This document shows, piece after piece, positions 1-16,297 of a stretch of 64,000 bases of DNA (positions within the stretch are counted from its first letter, which is position 1; each line of letters starts with the position of its first letter). The position numbers and the translations under genes were made by a program. The notes under the pieces were generated by a model. It was not told where the DNA came from and did not search any database. It saw nothing but the letters and a program-made list of their open reading frames with translations. Origin of the DNA: Eledone cirrhosa (lineage: Eukaryota); assembly GCA_964016885.1 (NCBI GenBank), contig OZ024741.1, positions 55,056,001 to 55,120,000 on the forward strand, read 5' to 3'.

Positions 1-1011
1 CCTTCCAAACACCCTAACAATAGACTACCTGTATTAGACACAGAACTCTGGATTAACAGTATAGACGAGAGAGCCCAAATTCTCCACTCACACTATGCTA
101 AACCCATGGCCTCCAAATACCTGATACTCAAAAACTCAGCAATGTCCAGTAGTGCTAAGTTTAATATTCTGATCGCAGATTTGGTACGAGTGATGAAGAA
201 TGTGTCCAGCATGTGCGACCCAACAGAAATGGAAAGACACATCCAACACTTCATCAACCGCATGCAGTTCTCTGGCTACAACCAAAGAGACAGAGTCAGA
301 GTATACGAAGGAGCCATGGAAAAGTATATGACCCTCATAGAACTGGACATGAAAGGAATTTGCCCACTATACAGGAGCAAATCATGGAATAGCTTAGATA
401 GGGCTAGACATAAGATATGGAAGGCCACATCATGGTACGACAACCAGAGATATCAGAGTGTCATGTTTGTGGACGCCACCCCTGGAGGGAAGTTAGCTAA
501 CCAGTGTAGAAAGGCCCTGAGAAAGACCCACTTAAAAATAAAGGTGGTAGAAAAGCCAGGAACCACCATAAAATCCCTGATCAGCAAAACCTACCCTTTT
601 AAGAAAATCCACTGTACCAATAGGAAATGTATCATATGTAAGGTGAACCCCCGGATAAACTGTAAAACTAGAAACGTAGTCTATAGCATAAGATGTACAG
701 AGGGTACTTGCAGAAACATGACAACAACATACATAGGTGAGACAGCTCGTAGCATAGGTGAAAGGATAGACCAACACTGGGGGGAACTAAAAGGACGAAA
801 AAACGGTTCAGTACTATACGAACATGCTAGACAACAACATGACGGTAACATAGACAACATAGAAATTAGAATAATATCTAAACATAGAAATGACCCAGCA
901 GATAGGCAAATCAGAGAGGCCAGTGAAATAGAAATTAGAAGACCAAAGGTAAACAGAAAGAATGAGAGGAACAACAACAACACCCAAACAAACAACACTG
1001 ACCTAAGATAA
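1..1011 (+). CDS. Penelope-like element ORF, C-terminal part (end of RT/thumb, Cys-rich linker, GIY-YIG endonuclease), Neptune-like; runs off the 5' edge of the window
   Basis: Frame is open from base 1 (PSKHPNNRLPVLDTELW...HYAKPMASK). It contains linker CTNRKCIIC, GIY-YIG NVVYSIRC...TYIGETARSIGERIDQH and RQIREASEI...PKVN. Confidence 0.9.
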   Translation, partial: PSKHPNNRLPVLDTELWINSIDERAQILHSHYAKPMASKYLILKNSAMSSSAKFNILIADLVRVMKNVSSMCDPTEMERHIQHFINRMQFSGYNQRDRVRVYEGAMEKYMTLIELDMKGICPLYRSKSWNSLDRARHKIWKATSWYDNQRYQSVMFVDATPGGKLANQCRKALRKTHLKIKVVEKPGTTIKSLISKTYPFKKIHCTNRKCIICKVNPRINCKTRNVVYSIRCTEGTCRNMTTTYIGETARSIGERIDQHWGELKGRKNGSVLYEHARQQHDGNIDNIEIRIISKHRNDPADRQIREASEIEIRRPKVNRKNERNNNNTQTNNTDLR

Positions 1012-1545
1012 GTATAAATAAGTAAATAAATAAAATAAAATAAAATAAGATAAATAAATACATACACAAGCACAATAACAACAAGCACATAAACACACAC
1101 TAGTCACCCAGCAGACACAACACTATACACACTATACACACTAGTCACACAGCACACACAACACTGTACACACACGCAAACGCATGCGCAAAGAAGACAA
1201 AATAAAATAAACAAACAAGCAAATAAATAAATAAATATATAGACAGACTGAATAAAAAATGGCGTAGACATACAACACAACAGGAGAAAAAATATAACAC
1301 CACTGACCATGTTGCAGATGTGCAACGAAAGATTTATGTAACTTATGTAAACTATATATATGTGTTTGTGTCTATATTGTATCTGTATTATTTTTGACCG
1401 TCGGTCAGTCAATGGCAACATTGAGGACCGATTAAGTTAGATCGCAGATATAAAAGACAGCGAGAAGCGAAAACCAACCAAACAGTGAGTGTGTTCTGTT
1501 ATTAATTCTGGCAATATTACACAAATATGACCCTCCTCAAGTATA
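1..1545 (+). mobile_element. Neptune-like PLE copy 1 including 3' UTR
   Basis: 609-1545 is nearly identical to 30461-31398, and both end at (TA)n. An HHR-like core is present (CTGACCA at ~1304; CTGACGA in copy 2) with a gttgca/tgcaac hairpin and GAAA. Confidence 0.85.
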
Positions 1546-1925
1546 ACAATATATATATATACAAAATAAGTAGGATGAACACAGAAATATATTGAAACAA
1601 ACTATTTTAAGTATAAATATATATACATATATATATATATATATACTTAAAAGAGTTTGTGTCAATGTATTTCTATGGTCATTCTGTTTGTCGTGAACTA
1701 AATATATATGCTCATATATGTATGTGTATATTATTTATTCATGTGTGTGTATAGAAAGACTTGAGTGTAAACAAGAAGCTTAACAGCGAAATAGAACACT
1801 CAATACGACAGGTAGAGTATTGTGTATTAATTGAAGATGACGCACAATATTTCAATACCCACCGTTTGACGCACTTCATCATCAGAAAAATATTGTCTGT
1901 AAAGATTGCTGATAGGAATCTTATG

Positions 1926-2875
<950 letters not shown>

Positions 2876-2959
2876 CTATATTTGATATTCAGGTCAACGC
2901 TCATCATGCTAGCAATAATATGGACGAAGTCTCCCGCAAATTAGTCACATTACTATAAT

Positions 2960-3255
2960 GAATGAACAACGCTTGGATGGATTCAGGAACTAAATAATTG
3001 GCATATTTAAGAAGTATAATCTTGAAATTCTCATTAGCACAAATATAATATTTATAAATTTTCAAATATTACATAGACATCTACGTAAAACAAAACAAAG
3101 ATGCTATATAAACACACAATGATTCGATACACACCACAGCCATTGCGAAAACCTTCCTAGACCTCATAGCAGAAAGAATGTCAAACCTATTCTCCTATAG
3201 GGAGATTTTGAATCGCCTTGACACCTATTATAACTATGTACTATCCCGCCATAAA
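2960..3255 (+). pseudogene. Highly decayed Naiad-like PLE RT/thumb fragment
   Basis: Frame-shifted translation (IIGIFKKYNLEILISTN...YINT..SIHTTAIAKTFLDLIAERMSNL...YYNYVL) parallels YINYNSNHPRSIINSIAHSISLRISRL...YYNIAL in the ORF at 14496. Confidence 0.5.
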
Positions 3256-3810
3256 CAGGTAACGGGAACGATTGCACAAAGCTTCTGCTTGTCACCAAAG
3301 CTAGCAGTAAAACGATTTTGGCTGGTTTGAACTCCCACTGACCATATATTGTTGTCGGCCGTGGTGGTGGGGGTACTGTTAGCTAGCGAGAACAAATAAG
3401 GTTGGTGGTATTCTAGGTTGTAGTTGAGTGGTCAGCCACCCTTACTCCTGCGACTGCGCAGTTCTGAAAGTTAGAAGGGAGCGGACACTCAAAGCAAAAA
3501 CACACATTTTTTTAGTCCGCTCCCTTCCGCCCAAAATTGCCTCGAAATGATACCTTTTAATCAATTTTTGCTGTCTGAAGAAATCAAGATATCTATCGTC
3601 ATGGAAATATATATAACGGCTAAATTAATAAAGGGCCCTAACATCTTCAACTTCGCATTTTCCTCTTTATAAATATACTCAGTCATCCTTGTTTTTAGTA
3701 ATATGACGTCGAGTGCTAGGATAGAATTGCATCTTTATATACCAAATGTATTATAATGTATATAATGTATATAATTATAATGTATATAATGTATATAAAT
3801 ATATATATAT

Positions 3811-4019
3811 ATTTAATATAGAAATGGCTTCTACAGGACTAGAACTGTTTCATTCGGAGGAAATCATCAGGAAAGCCGACTGTCAATGTAATATGGTGGT
3901 ATTTATACATTTTCTGGTTTTAGGGGAGGGTTGTGATTAGAAGCCATTTCTTTGTAAATATTTATACACTGCTATGTATTGAGTACCTTACTGGGGTTAC
4001 CCCCGATTGAACCCGGGAT

Positions 4020-4024
<5 letters not shown>
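3811..4024. mobile_element. Short HHR-bearing PLE terminal footprint (family also at 53623-53806 and 55044-55215)
   Basis: All three share ttctacaggactagaactgtttcattcg and the tail gtaccttact...gattgaacc(c/t)gggataaac. All lie in dinucleotide tracts. Confidence 0.7.
3826..3877 (-). ncRNA. Type I hammerhead ribozyme
   Basis: Minus strand: ggctttc CTGATGA tttcctccgaat GAAA cag-ttctagtc-ctg TA gaagcc. Stems I, II and III pair; GUA cleavage triplet. Confidence 0.7.
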
Positions 4025-4068
<44 letters not shown>

Positions 4069-4123
4069 CATATATATATATATAAACATACATATATACA
4101 TACATACATATATACATACATAC

Positions 4124-4768
<645 letters not shown>

Positions 4769-5059
4769 CAGAGAGAGAGAGATAAACAGAGACTGGGAGA
4801 GAGATATATAAGAATGTATGGATGCATAAAATGCGTGCATTTATTAAAGTTTTCATTAATTTTCACCACTCTCACCATCATCACTATTTCAACCAGAGGC
4901 CATTATCAAGGAAGATTTAATTCTCAAGAAATTAAATGTATTTATTAATCTGATATTTCTTCAATTTAAAAATTTACCGCGTTCCCTTTCCTTCACAATA
5001 CCACCCCTACCATCAGTACAACCACCACTACTACCTACACCTCTCCTCAAAACAACACC

Positions 5060-8000
5060 ACTACCAGCACCACTACTACAAACACCACCACTACAAACAC
5101 CACCACTACCAACACCACCACTACCAACAACACCACTACCAACACCATCACTACCAACACCACCACTAACAACACCACCACTACCAACACCACCACTACC
5201 AACACCACCACTACCAACACCACCACTACCAACACCACCACTACCAACACCATCACTAACAACACCACCACTAACAACACCACCACTAACACCACCACCA
5301 CTACCAACACCACCACCATAAACAGCATCACTACCAACACCATCACTACCAACACCACCACTACCAACACCATCACTACCAACACCATCACTACCAACAC
5401 CATCACTATCAACACCACCACTACCAACACCACCACTACCAACACCACCACTACCAACACCACCACTAACAACACCACCACTACCAACACCACCAGTACC
5501 AACACCACCACTACCAACACCACCACTACCAACACCACCACTACCAACACCATCACTACCAACACCACCACTACCAACACCACCACTACCAACACCACCA
5601 CTACCAACACCACCACTACCAACACCACAACTACCAACACCACCACTACCAACACCACCACTACCAACACCACCACTACCAACACCATCACTACCAACAC
5701 CACCACTACCAACACCACCACTACCAACACCACCAGTACCAACACCACCACTACCAACACCACCACTACCAACACCACCACTACCAACACCACCACTAAC
5801 AACACCATCACTACCAACACCATCACTACCAACACCACCACTACCAACACCACCACTACCAACACCACCACTACCAACACCACCACTAACAACACCACCA
5901 CTACCAACACCACCACTACCAACACCATCACTACCAACACCACCACTACCAACACCACCACTACCAACACCACCACTACCAACACCACCACTAACAACAC
6001 CACCACTACCAACACCACCACTAACAACACCACCACTAACAACACCACCACTACCAACACCACCACTACCAACACCACCACTACCAACACCATCACTACC
6101 AACACCACCACTACCAACACCACCACTAACAACACCATCACTACCAACACCACCACTACCAACACCACCACTACCAACACCACCACTACCAACACCACCA
6201 CTACCAACAGCACCACTACTAACACCACCACTACCAGCACCACCACTACCAACAGCACCACTACTAACACCACCACTACCAACACCACCACTACCAACAC
6301 CATCACTACCAACACCATCACTACCAACACCACCACTACCAACACCACCACTACCAACACCATCACTACCAACACCACCACTAACAACACCACCACTAAC
6401 AACACCACCACTACCAACACCACCAGTACCAACACCACCACTACCAACACCACCACTACCAACACCACCACTACCAACACCATCACTACCAACACCACCA
6501 CTAACAACACCACCACTAACAACACCACCACTACCAACACCATCACTACCAACACCACCACTACCAACACCATCACTACCAACACCACCACTAACAACAC
6601 CACCACTAACAACACCACCACTACCAACACCACCACTAACAACACCACCACTAACAACACCACCACTACCAACACCACCACTACCAACACCACCACTACC
6701 AACACCACCACTAACAACACCATCACTACCAACACCACCACTACCAACACCACCACTACCAACAGCACCACTACTAACACCACCACTACCAACACCACCA
6801 CTACCAACACCACCACTACCAACACCACCACTACCAACACCACCACTACCAACACCATCACTACCAACACCACCACTACCAACACCACCACTACCAACAC
6901 CACCACTACCAACACCACCACTACCAACACCACCACTACCAACAGCACCACTACCAACACCACCACTACCAACACCACCACTACCAACACCATCACTACC
7001 AACACCACCACTACCAACACCACCACTACCAACACCACCAGTACCAACACCACCACTACCAACACCACCACTACCAACACCACCACTACCAACACCATCA
7101 CTACCAACACCACCACTACCAACACCACCACTACCAACACCACCACTACCAACACCACCACTACCAACACCACCACTACCAACACCACCACTACCAACAC
7201 CATCACTACCAACACCACCACTACCAACACCATCACTAACAACACCACCACTAACAACACCATCACTACCAACACCATCACTAACAACACCACCACTACC
7301 AACACCACCACTACCAACACCACCACTACCAACACCATCACTAACACCACCACCACTACCAACACCACCACTAACAACACCATCACTAACAACACCATCA
7401 CTACCAACACCATCACTAACACCACCACCACTACCAACACCACCACTACCAACACCATCACTACCAACACCACCACTACCAACACCACCACTACCAACAC
7501 CACCACTACCAACACCACCACTACCAACACCATCACTACCAACACCACCACTACCAACACCACCACTACCAACACCATCACTACCAACACCACCACTACC
7601 AACACCACCACTACCAACACCACCACTAACAACACCATCACTAACACCACCACCACTACCAACACCATCACTAACACCACCACCACTACCAACACCACCA
7701 CTACCAACACCACCACTACCAACACCACCACTACCAACACCATCACTACCAACACCACCACTACCAACACCACCACTACCAACACCACCACTACCAACAC
7801 CACCACTACCAACACCACCACTACCAACACCACCACTACCAACACCACCACTAACAACACCATCACTACCAACACCACCACTACCAACACCACCACTACC
7901 AACACCATCACTACCAACACCACCACTACCAACACCACCACTACCAACACCACCACTACCAACACCATCACTAACAACACCACCACTAACAACACCATCA

Positions 8001-9575
8001 CTACCAACACCATCACTAACACCACCACCACTACCAACACCACCACTACCAACACCACCACTACCAACACCATCACTACCAACACCATCACTACCAACAC
8101 CACCACTACCAACACCACCACTACCAACACCATCACTACCAACACCACCACTACCAACACCACCACTACCAACACCATCACTACCAACACCACCACTAAC
8201 AACACCATCACTACCAACACCACCACTACCAACACCACCACTAACAACACCACCACTACCAACACCACCACTACCAACACCATCACTACCAACACCACCA
8301 CTAACAACACCACCACTACCAACACCATCACTAACACCACCACCACTAACAACACCACCACTAACAACACCATCACTACCAACACCACCACTACCAACAC
8401 CACCACTACCAACACCACCACTACCAACACCACCACTACCAACACCACCACTACCAACACCACCACTACCAACACCACCACTAACAACACCACCACTAAC
8501 AACACCATCACTACCAACACCACCACTACCAACACCACCACTACCAACACCACCACTACCAACACCACCACTAACAACACCACCACTAACAACACCATCA
8601 CTACCAACACCACCACTACCAACACCACCACTACCAACACCACCACTACCAACACCACCACTACCAACACCACCACTACCAACACCATCACTACCAACAC
8701 CACCACTACCAACACCATCACTACCAACACCATCACTACCAACACCACCACTACCAACACCACCACTACCAACACCATCACTAACAACACCACCACTACC
8801 AACACCATCACTACCAACACCACCACTACCAACACCACCACTACCAACACCATCACTAACACCAACACCACCACTAACAACACCACCACTACCAACACCA
8901 TCACTACCAACACCATCACTAACACCACCACCACTACCAACACCACCACTACCAACACCACCACTAACAACACCATCACTACCAACACCATCACTACCAA
9001 CACCACCACTACCAACACCACCACTACCAACACCACCACTAACAACACCACCACTAACAACACCATCACTACCAACACCATCACTAACACCACCACCACT
9101 ACCAACACCACCACTAACAACACCACCACTAACAACACCATCACTACCAACACCACCACTACCAGCACCACCACTAACAACACCATCACTACCAACACCA
9201 TCACTAACAACACCATCACTAACACCACCACCACTACCAACACCATCACTACCAACACCACCACTACCAGCACCACCACTAACAACACCATCACTACCAA
9301 CACCATCACTACCAACACCATCACTAACACCACCACCACTACCAACACCACCACTACCAACACCACCACTACCAACACCATCACTACCAACACCACCACT
9401 ACCAACACCACCACTACCAACACCACCACTACCAACACCACCACTAACAACACCATCACTAACAACACCACCACTACCAGCACCACCACTAACAACACCA
9501 TCACTACCAACACCATCACTAACACCACCACCACTACCAACACCATCACTAACAACACCACCACTACCAGCACCA
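5060..9575. repeat. 15-bp minisatellite (ACCACTACCAACACC)n, roughly 300 units
   Basis: Periodicity is visible in 60-nt lines, with ATC/AAC/AGT variants and one 6-nt phase shift near 8860. It grades into (ACT)n, (GGT)n and (GCT)n up to ~10320. Confidence 0.97.
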
Positions 9576-9773
9576 CCACAACCAATACCAACACAACCAC
9601 TACCAGTACCACCATTACCAACCTCCTCCACCAACCCTACCACCAACAACAACACTACCACCAACGCCACCACTACCACCTCAACTACCAGCCCACAAAC
9701 AACAACACCAACATCAACACCATTACCAATGTCCAAAGACTAATTTTTTCATTGTAAAACAAAAACAAAAAAG

Positions 9774-9823
<50 letters not shown>

Positions 9824-10561
9824 CACTACCTCTACTTAGACCCCCTCTACTACTACTACTGCTACTACTACTACTTCTACTTAAACCCCCTCTACTACTA
9901 CTACTACTGCTACCAACACACTACTACTACTACCGCTACTACCCCTATTACTACTACTACTGCTACCAACACACTACTACTACTACCACTACTACCACTA
10001 TTACTACTACTACTGCTACCAACACACTACTACTACTACCACTACTACCACTTTTACTAACGCCACCATTACTACTACTATTGCTATAACTACTAGCGTT
10101 ATTTATTAATATGATTATCACCGACGTCATCGTTGTTGTCATTGTTAACATTGTGTTATTGTAGTGTTGTTGTTGTTGTTATTGGTGGTGGTGGTTTAGT
10201 GGTGGTGGCACTGGCGGCGGTGGTGGTTGTGGTGGTAGTTCAGTGGTGGTGGTGGTGGTGGTGGTGGTTCTGCTGCGGGTGCTGCTGCTGCTGCTGCTGT
10301 TGCTGCTGATAGTGGTGGGGGAAGAAGTGGTCATTTTTTAAATTATTTTTGTTGTTGATGATAATGTATTTTTATCGCTATTTTCTTTCTTTTTGCGTCT
10401 TTATTTCTGGAGGTTTGACAATATCGATAAAGCATCAGAGAAAACAATCTTTTGCATCACTTTCTTTACGACCATTTGCATTCTGAGTTCAAATTCTGCC
10501 GAACTCAACATTGCCATTCATCCTAGCGTGACCTTGTGTCTAAATTAGAAGTCATTAAATT

Positions 10562-10746
10562 AGGCGGTGGATTGGCAGTATCGGTAGAGGGTCGGACGCC
10601 ATGCTTTCCAGCATAGTTACGTCCCTTTACGATCTGAGTTCAAATCCCGCCGAGGTCGACTTTGCCTTTCATCCTTACGGGGTAGATAAAATAAAGTACC
10701 AGTAATGCACTGGGTAATTGCTGGCCTTGTGCCTAAAGTAGAAACA
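10562..10746 (+). mobile_element. tRNA-derived SINE family A, full length with TSD
   Basis: A-box-like tggcagtatcgg, B-box gagttcaaatccc, body ttgcctttcatcc...aaagtaccagt. attaaattag is repeated at 10554-10563 and 10747-10756. Confidence 0.85.
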
Positions 10747-10868
10747 ATTAAATTAGAGCTGTAATTTGACAGAAACGTTAAGGCGTTGGTAAAAATGCCT
10801 TTCAGTGTTTGTTTCACTTCTTTACATTCTCTATTCAAATGCATCTGCGATCCATGTGTGTGTGTTTA

Positions 10869-10958
10869 CAGGGTGTCCCTCAAAAATGTATACATCATTC
10901 TAATAAATATTGCCTGTGCAGGTAATCAAAGTGTGTATACATTTTTGGGGACATCCTG
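10869..10958. mobile_element. Tc1/mariner-type MITE
   Basis: TA then cagggtgtccctcaaaaatgtataca at one end, tgtatacatttttggggacatcctg at the other: ~26-bp imperfect TIRs. Confidence 0.65.
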
Positions 10959-11004
10959 CCTATATATATATATATATATATGTATATAAATATACCACCA
11001 AAGA

Positions 11005-11089
11005 GGTCCGACGAACCATTGGTTACAGAGTCGGGTTAGATCGATACAAATCGAACTTTGAGCTGATCGGTGGCGAAACGCGCCTCACC
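11005..11089 (+). ncRNA. Hammerhead-like motif with CCGACGA core and long stem II (homolog at 59331-59417)
   Basis: ggt CCGACGA accattggtta...tgatcggtggc GAAA cgcgcc TC acc; the homolog has palindromic stem III ACGCGCGT. Confidence 0.55.
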
Positions 11090-11255
11090 AACCAATAAAC
11101 GTAATGAAGGAGTAACCACTCGTCCTTGTTTTGTTTTATTGTGTATATATATATATACATCTGAGGTCGATAAAGTACCAGTTAAGTACTGGGTTCGATT
11201 AATTCAACTAAAGACCCATGAAATTGCTGAACTTGTGCTGATGCAGGAAACCTAG

Positions 11256-11287
<32 letters not shown>

Positions 11288-11539
11288 GTAGTAGTAGTAG
11301 TAGTAGTTGTAGTAGTAATTACTAAAATTATTCGTAAATAACTTACAGTGTTTGAAAAATATTCAAACGACAACAAATTCGTCTTTATAGACAGTAGAGA
11401 ACATAAAAATAAAACACATTTAATTCCTCAACAGAATACATTTACTTCACAGGAGACATATAATGAATTTCTGAGAGAAAATAACATAATTTTCAACAAT
11501 TTAATTCCTTGAAAATTGATAACAATAACAACGGCTGTA

Positions 11540-11843
11540 ATAACATACATACACGCACACTCACACACACACATAAACGTCCACTTACACACACACTCAT
11601 ACTCACACACACACACACATAAACGTTCACGTACACATACACCCATACACATACAAACAGGGGCACACAAGTAGACTTACACACAAACGTCCGCGCACAC
11701 ACATACTCACACGCACACTCATATTCACACACACACTCATACACACACACACATACACGTCCACGTACCCATACACTCATACACAAACAAATAGAGGCAC
11801 ACAAGTTCACTCACACACAAACGTCCGCACACACACACACATA

Positions 11844-11887
<44 letters not shown>

Positions 11888-11975
11888 CTCATGCACTTAC
11901 AAACAGGCACACAAGTTCACTCACACTTACACACATACACACATCCACATATATACTTATACACAAACACACTGA
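11540..11975. repeat. Degenerate (CA)n compound repeat
   Basis: CA runs interrupted by aaacgtcc and gcacacaag units. Confidence 0.85.
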
Positions 11976-12558
11976 GTGTGCTGGAGCAACGGAAAAAGAA
12001 GTGTTTTGCTCAAGAACACATCGCAGCACCATTTCTAATACTCGAACCTACGACATTATAACACCCTGTCCACCAGGATATGTCCCTCACAATAATGAAT
12101 TCTAATTTAAGTACGAGGCCAGCAAATTCAAGGAATGCGTAACGTTGATTAAACAATCAAAGTACTTGACTTGTCCTTACTTTTATCGAATCCGGGAGGA
12201 TGAAAAGCAAAGTTAACCTCGATGGGATTTGAAACTTAAACGTAAAGAACTGTAAAGAAATACTGCTAAGCATGTCAGAAGCTCTAACGACTCCAATATG
12301 CCATCCTCACTCTATCAAAAAAATATGACAGCGTGACGAAATACCACAAGTCATTAACTTGGGGGCTGTACATATACTGCTATATAATTCTCGTCAGAAT
12401 AATGATAATAGTGATAAAATCAATAACATTTTAAAACGAATAATAATGATGATAACATTTGCAGCAATCATAATTATTTTCCAATGTCTGGGCAATAGAA
12501 TTTTTCTGTTTGTGAATGAGTATACGAGTATTTCACACACACACACATACACACGCAA

Positions 12559-12646
<88 letters not shown>

Positions 12647-12910
12647 TACCGATTTGTAAAAGTGTATGCGTGAATGTATTACGTTTTATGTGTAAAATTC
12701 ATTATGTATGTGTGTGTGCGTGCGCTTGTGTGGGGCTGTTCATGGAAGTGTTAAGTGGTAGAGGCGAGGAATTTAATAAAAATATATTTTAGCCGATCTG
12801 TAATTTCATTATTTCGTAAATAAATATTGCTTTTCACGCCATAACGGCACGATAACTTGTTTCACTACAGTAATATATAAAATTCTGTGACACTATATAT
12901 CTGTAGGTAT

Positions 12911-12992
<82 letters not shown>

Positions 12993-13162
12993 ATACCTAC
13001 ACACATATATATATATATATACGTATATACAAATAGAGATTTGTTAATCTTTCACAAATGACACTCACACAAAATGCTACTGGCATAAAATAGAATAATT
13101 TTGCGGGCTGATCATTTGCAGATGATGTTCATTTGCATATAGTGCGAGTTTGGCTGTTGTAA

Positions 13163-13203
<41 letters not shown>

Positions 13204-14495
13204 GGGATAACAAGTTATCGTTATAGGTAATCCAGTTAGAGTTTGTGAGTACTCTGTGTTGTGGATAGTTTTAACGTACGGCTTTGTTTGACTCAACAAG
13301 ATGTTTCCATAGTTAGGCAGCGAGTTCGCGGGAATTCCCATGCAGGTTATTTTTACTTGGAGTTATAATAGTGAAAGAATGAAGAGTAACATGGTTGGCT
13401 GTACAATTGAACGATAAAGGATACGCTAATAACACAGATGAATTTACTAGGGAAAAATACGGATTCAAATCCTGCAAAAATCCACCGAATAACCCCCAGC
13501 TCGATGCCTTCGAACTCGATCTCATGAACATGATAAGTGGAACCAAATTCAAAAAACGGACACATCACAACAAACTGCAAAACGACATCAATGTACTCCT
13601 AAAAGAAAATACGCAACACCAACGGTATTATAGTAAAAGCGGACAAAACATCAAACGTATACACCATCAGCCTTAATACATACAATAACTTTATACGCCG
13701 TAAACTGCACAAAAAATACAAGAAAACAACATAATCTGCACTCACTAGCATTAATAAGGGAGGACTTAGCATTGTAAAAAAATCTGAAAATATCTGATAG
13801 AACCGAGCCTCTAACTCCTTGTAACCCCACATTTAACCTAAAGGATCACAAAAATAATTTCGAAACAGACCCCATAATTAGATTAATATGCCCATCGAAG
13901 TCGGATATAGGTAGAATTAGCAAGTATATACTAGATAGAGTAATCGCACAAATCAAGGACAAACTAGTAATTAAGCTATGGGGTAACATTAACGAAGCAA
14001 TAGACTGGTTCAGCAAAATAGACAGTAGAGAAACATCCGACTTCATACAGTTCGACATTAATGACTATTACTCATCCATATCCCCAGTCACCCTAGATAA
14101 AGCGCTAACCTTTGCCCAGAAATACTCGGACCTTAACTCGGACGAAATTAAAATAATACTAGCTGCTAGGAGAACTATCATTAGATTCGAAAATAGTTAC
14201 TGGGCACGAAAAAACAGACAGAATAGCTTCGATATCACAATGGGATCTAACAACTCAGCACAGGTAACAGACTTAGTGGGAATATATATAGCGCACAACT
14301 TACATAAGGAATTCAATAACCTCCGGGGAGGAATTTGTAGAGACGACACACTCCTTTTAGTCGAAAACTTAAATAATCAAAACATGGACAAATTACGGAA
14401 AAACAGTCTTCTTCAACAAACTAGGCCTAGGTATCACTTTCGAACTTAACTCTAAAAAAGTAAACTTCTTAGATGTAACACTCAACCTAAACACA

Positions 14496-15668
14496 GTGTT
14501 AATAGAGCCCTTCCATAAAAATAACGAGAATCTAGCCTACATTAATTATAACTCAAACCACCCCCGATCCATAATTAACTCCATAGCACATAGTATATCC
14601 CTCAGAATATCCCGCCTATCTTCTAACCTAGAGATTTTTAACGAACATGAAAACTATTATAACATAGCTTTACATAAGGCAGGACATAAAGAGGGGCAGG
14701 AATACATTCCAAATAGAGACATCAGCAATAAACCTAACAACTACACTACCCACACCTATAGAAATAACAAACATAGGAATAAACATAGAATTAGACAACG
14801 AGCACCAAAAATAACTGAACCGAACCCTAATACAAGGATTCCTAAGAACTATAGAAGATCCAGAGATAGGAAATACTTATGGTTCAATCCAATATTCAAC
14901 TCCTCTATAAAAACCAAACTACCTTCTACATTCTTTAAGCTAATCGACAAACACTTCCCTAAACTACACAAATACCATAGAATCTTTAATAGAAGAACAA
15001 ACAAACTAGCTTACTCTACTGCAGCCAACATAGAATCACACATACATAAAATCAACCACAAAAATATCTCTAAAGAAAATAACCTACCAACATACACCAT
15101 AGCACCAAATATAAAACGCAAACACATAACATCGCAACGACAGGGCGCATCACAACAAAACACTAATAGGCCTAAATCTCAACCCACCCACAACAACATA
15201 CAAAGCCGCAACGGAGAACCTGCACACAGAAAAGCCTCCAACTGTAACTGCCATCTATCGGATAAATGCCCACTACAAAATAGATGCCTGGATTCCAGTA
15301 TGGTGAACCTGTGTACTGTAAATTCAGGCAACTTTACTTGGCACTACATAGGTTCCACGGCTGGGGAGTTCAAAAAAAGACGGTGCGTTCACAGACACTC
15401 CATGAAGAACCGTAGACTAGAGAACTCTACAACGCTCGCCAATAAAATCTGGCAGCTTAAAAACACAATCCAGGAATATAGGATTAACTGGTCTAAATTA
15501 TCGGGACCAAGGGCCTACAACAATGGAATGTCCCACTGCAGACTTTGCAATATGGAGCTATTCCATATTTTAAGGTACGATAAGATGCTGCTTAACAGCA
15601 AAATAGAAAGATCAATTTTCTGTAGGCATAAAATAGCTACCAAGTTCACAAATTTCAAACCACCGTAA
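14496..15668 (+). pseudogene. Naiad-like PLE thumb, linker and GIY-YIG endonuclease segment
   Basis: SNHP, WFNPIF, CNC...CPL...CL, HYIGST...FKKR..H, STTLANKIWQLK, CRLCNME, LLN...CRHK. The upstream RT has stops and frameshifts. Confidence 0.85.
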
Positions 15669-16297
15669 TTCGACCCAGCAATCCCAAAACTAGAACTGAA
15701 CCACCTGGATTTTAACGTACGGAATACATACCATCACACCGCTATTAGCTGTCAAACAGCCGACCGGTCACTAGATCATAAATCTCTTAACATCTTTTTC
15801 ACCCTCTCTTCCTGAAACCACATCAACCACATTAAGACAAGACAATCAGCAAAACATTTACCACATACACTTGTCAAAAACCTCCCTTCACCATCCACCC
15901 TTAGCCCTTGGGTCTCATACTAGTATCTCCCAATTAATCTCTAATTTATTGCTTTTTCTTTTATCTATCACTACCTCAGACTCCCTACACGAATCTATGT
16001 ATGTTTTGAATATGACTTTTCATGTTAGCACTAAATCCACCACAGCAGCCTTATACGGACATTTACTCACCACCACCACTATCGTATTCTTTACTTATAA
16101 GCTCTCACTTATCCTTATTTCTTTATATTTTTAGTATTTTTCCATTTTCTTACTTTTTTACTGTATCGTTTTTCTTATTTTTTACTTTTTACATCTGTAA
16201 CTTCTTTACCTATTTATCATATATCTTTTTATTGGTGTTATTGTTTTGATTATACGCTATTTCTTTATATATATATCATGCCACGTATGAATTATTC

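Noticed and set aside
4961-9736. 1591-aa GGVGS (fibroin-like) and 1524-aa poly-Val ORFs
   Set aside because: The 1591-aa ORF begins at a non-ATG codon, neither has a non-repetitive domain, and several frames are open because of the triplet-built unit.
13395-15668. Selenocysteine recoding, as known for some Naiad PLEs
   Set aside because: Conserved Cys positions use normal Cys codons. Interruptions are mixed TAA/TGA/TAG plus frameshifts, and no SECIS was recognised.
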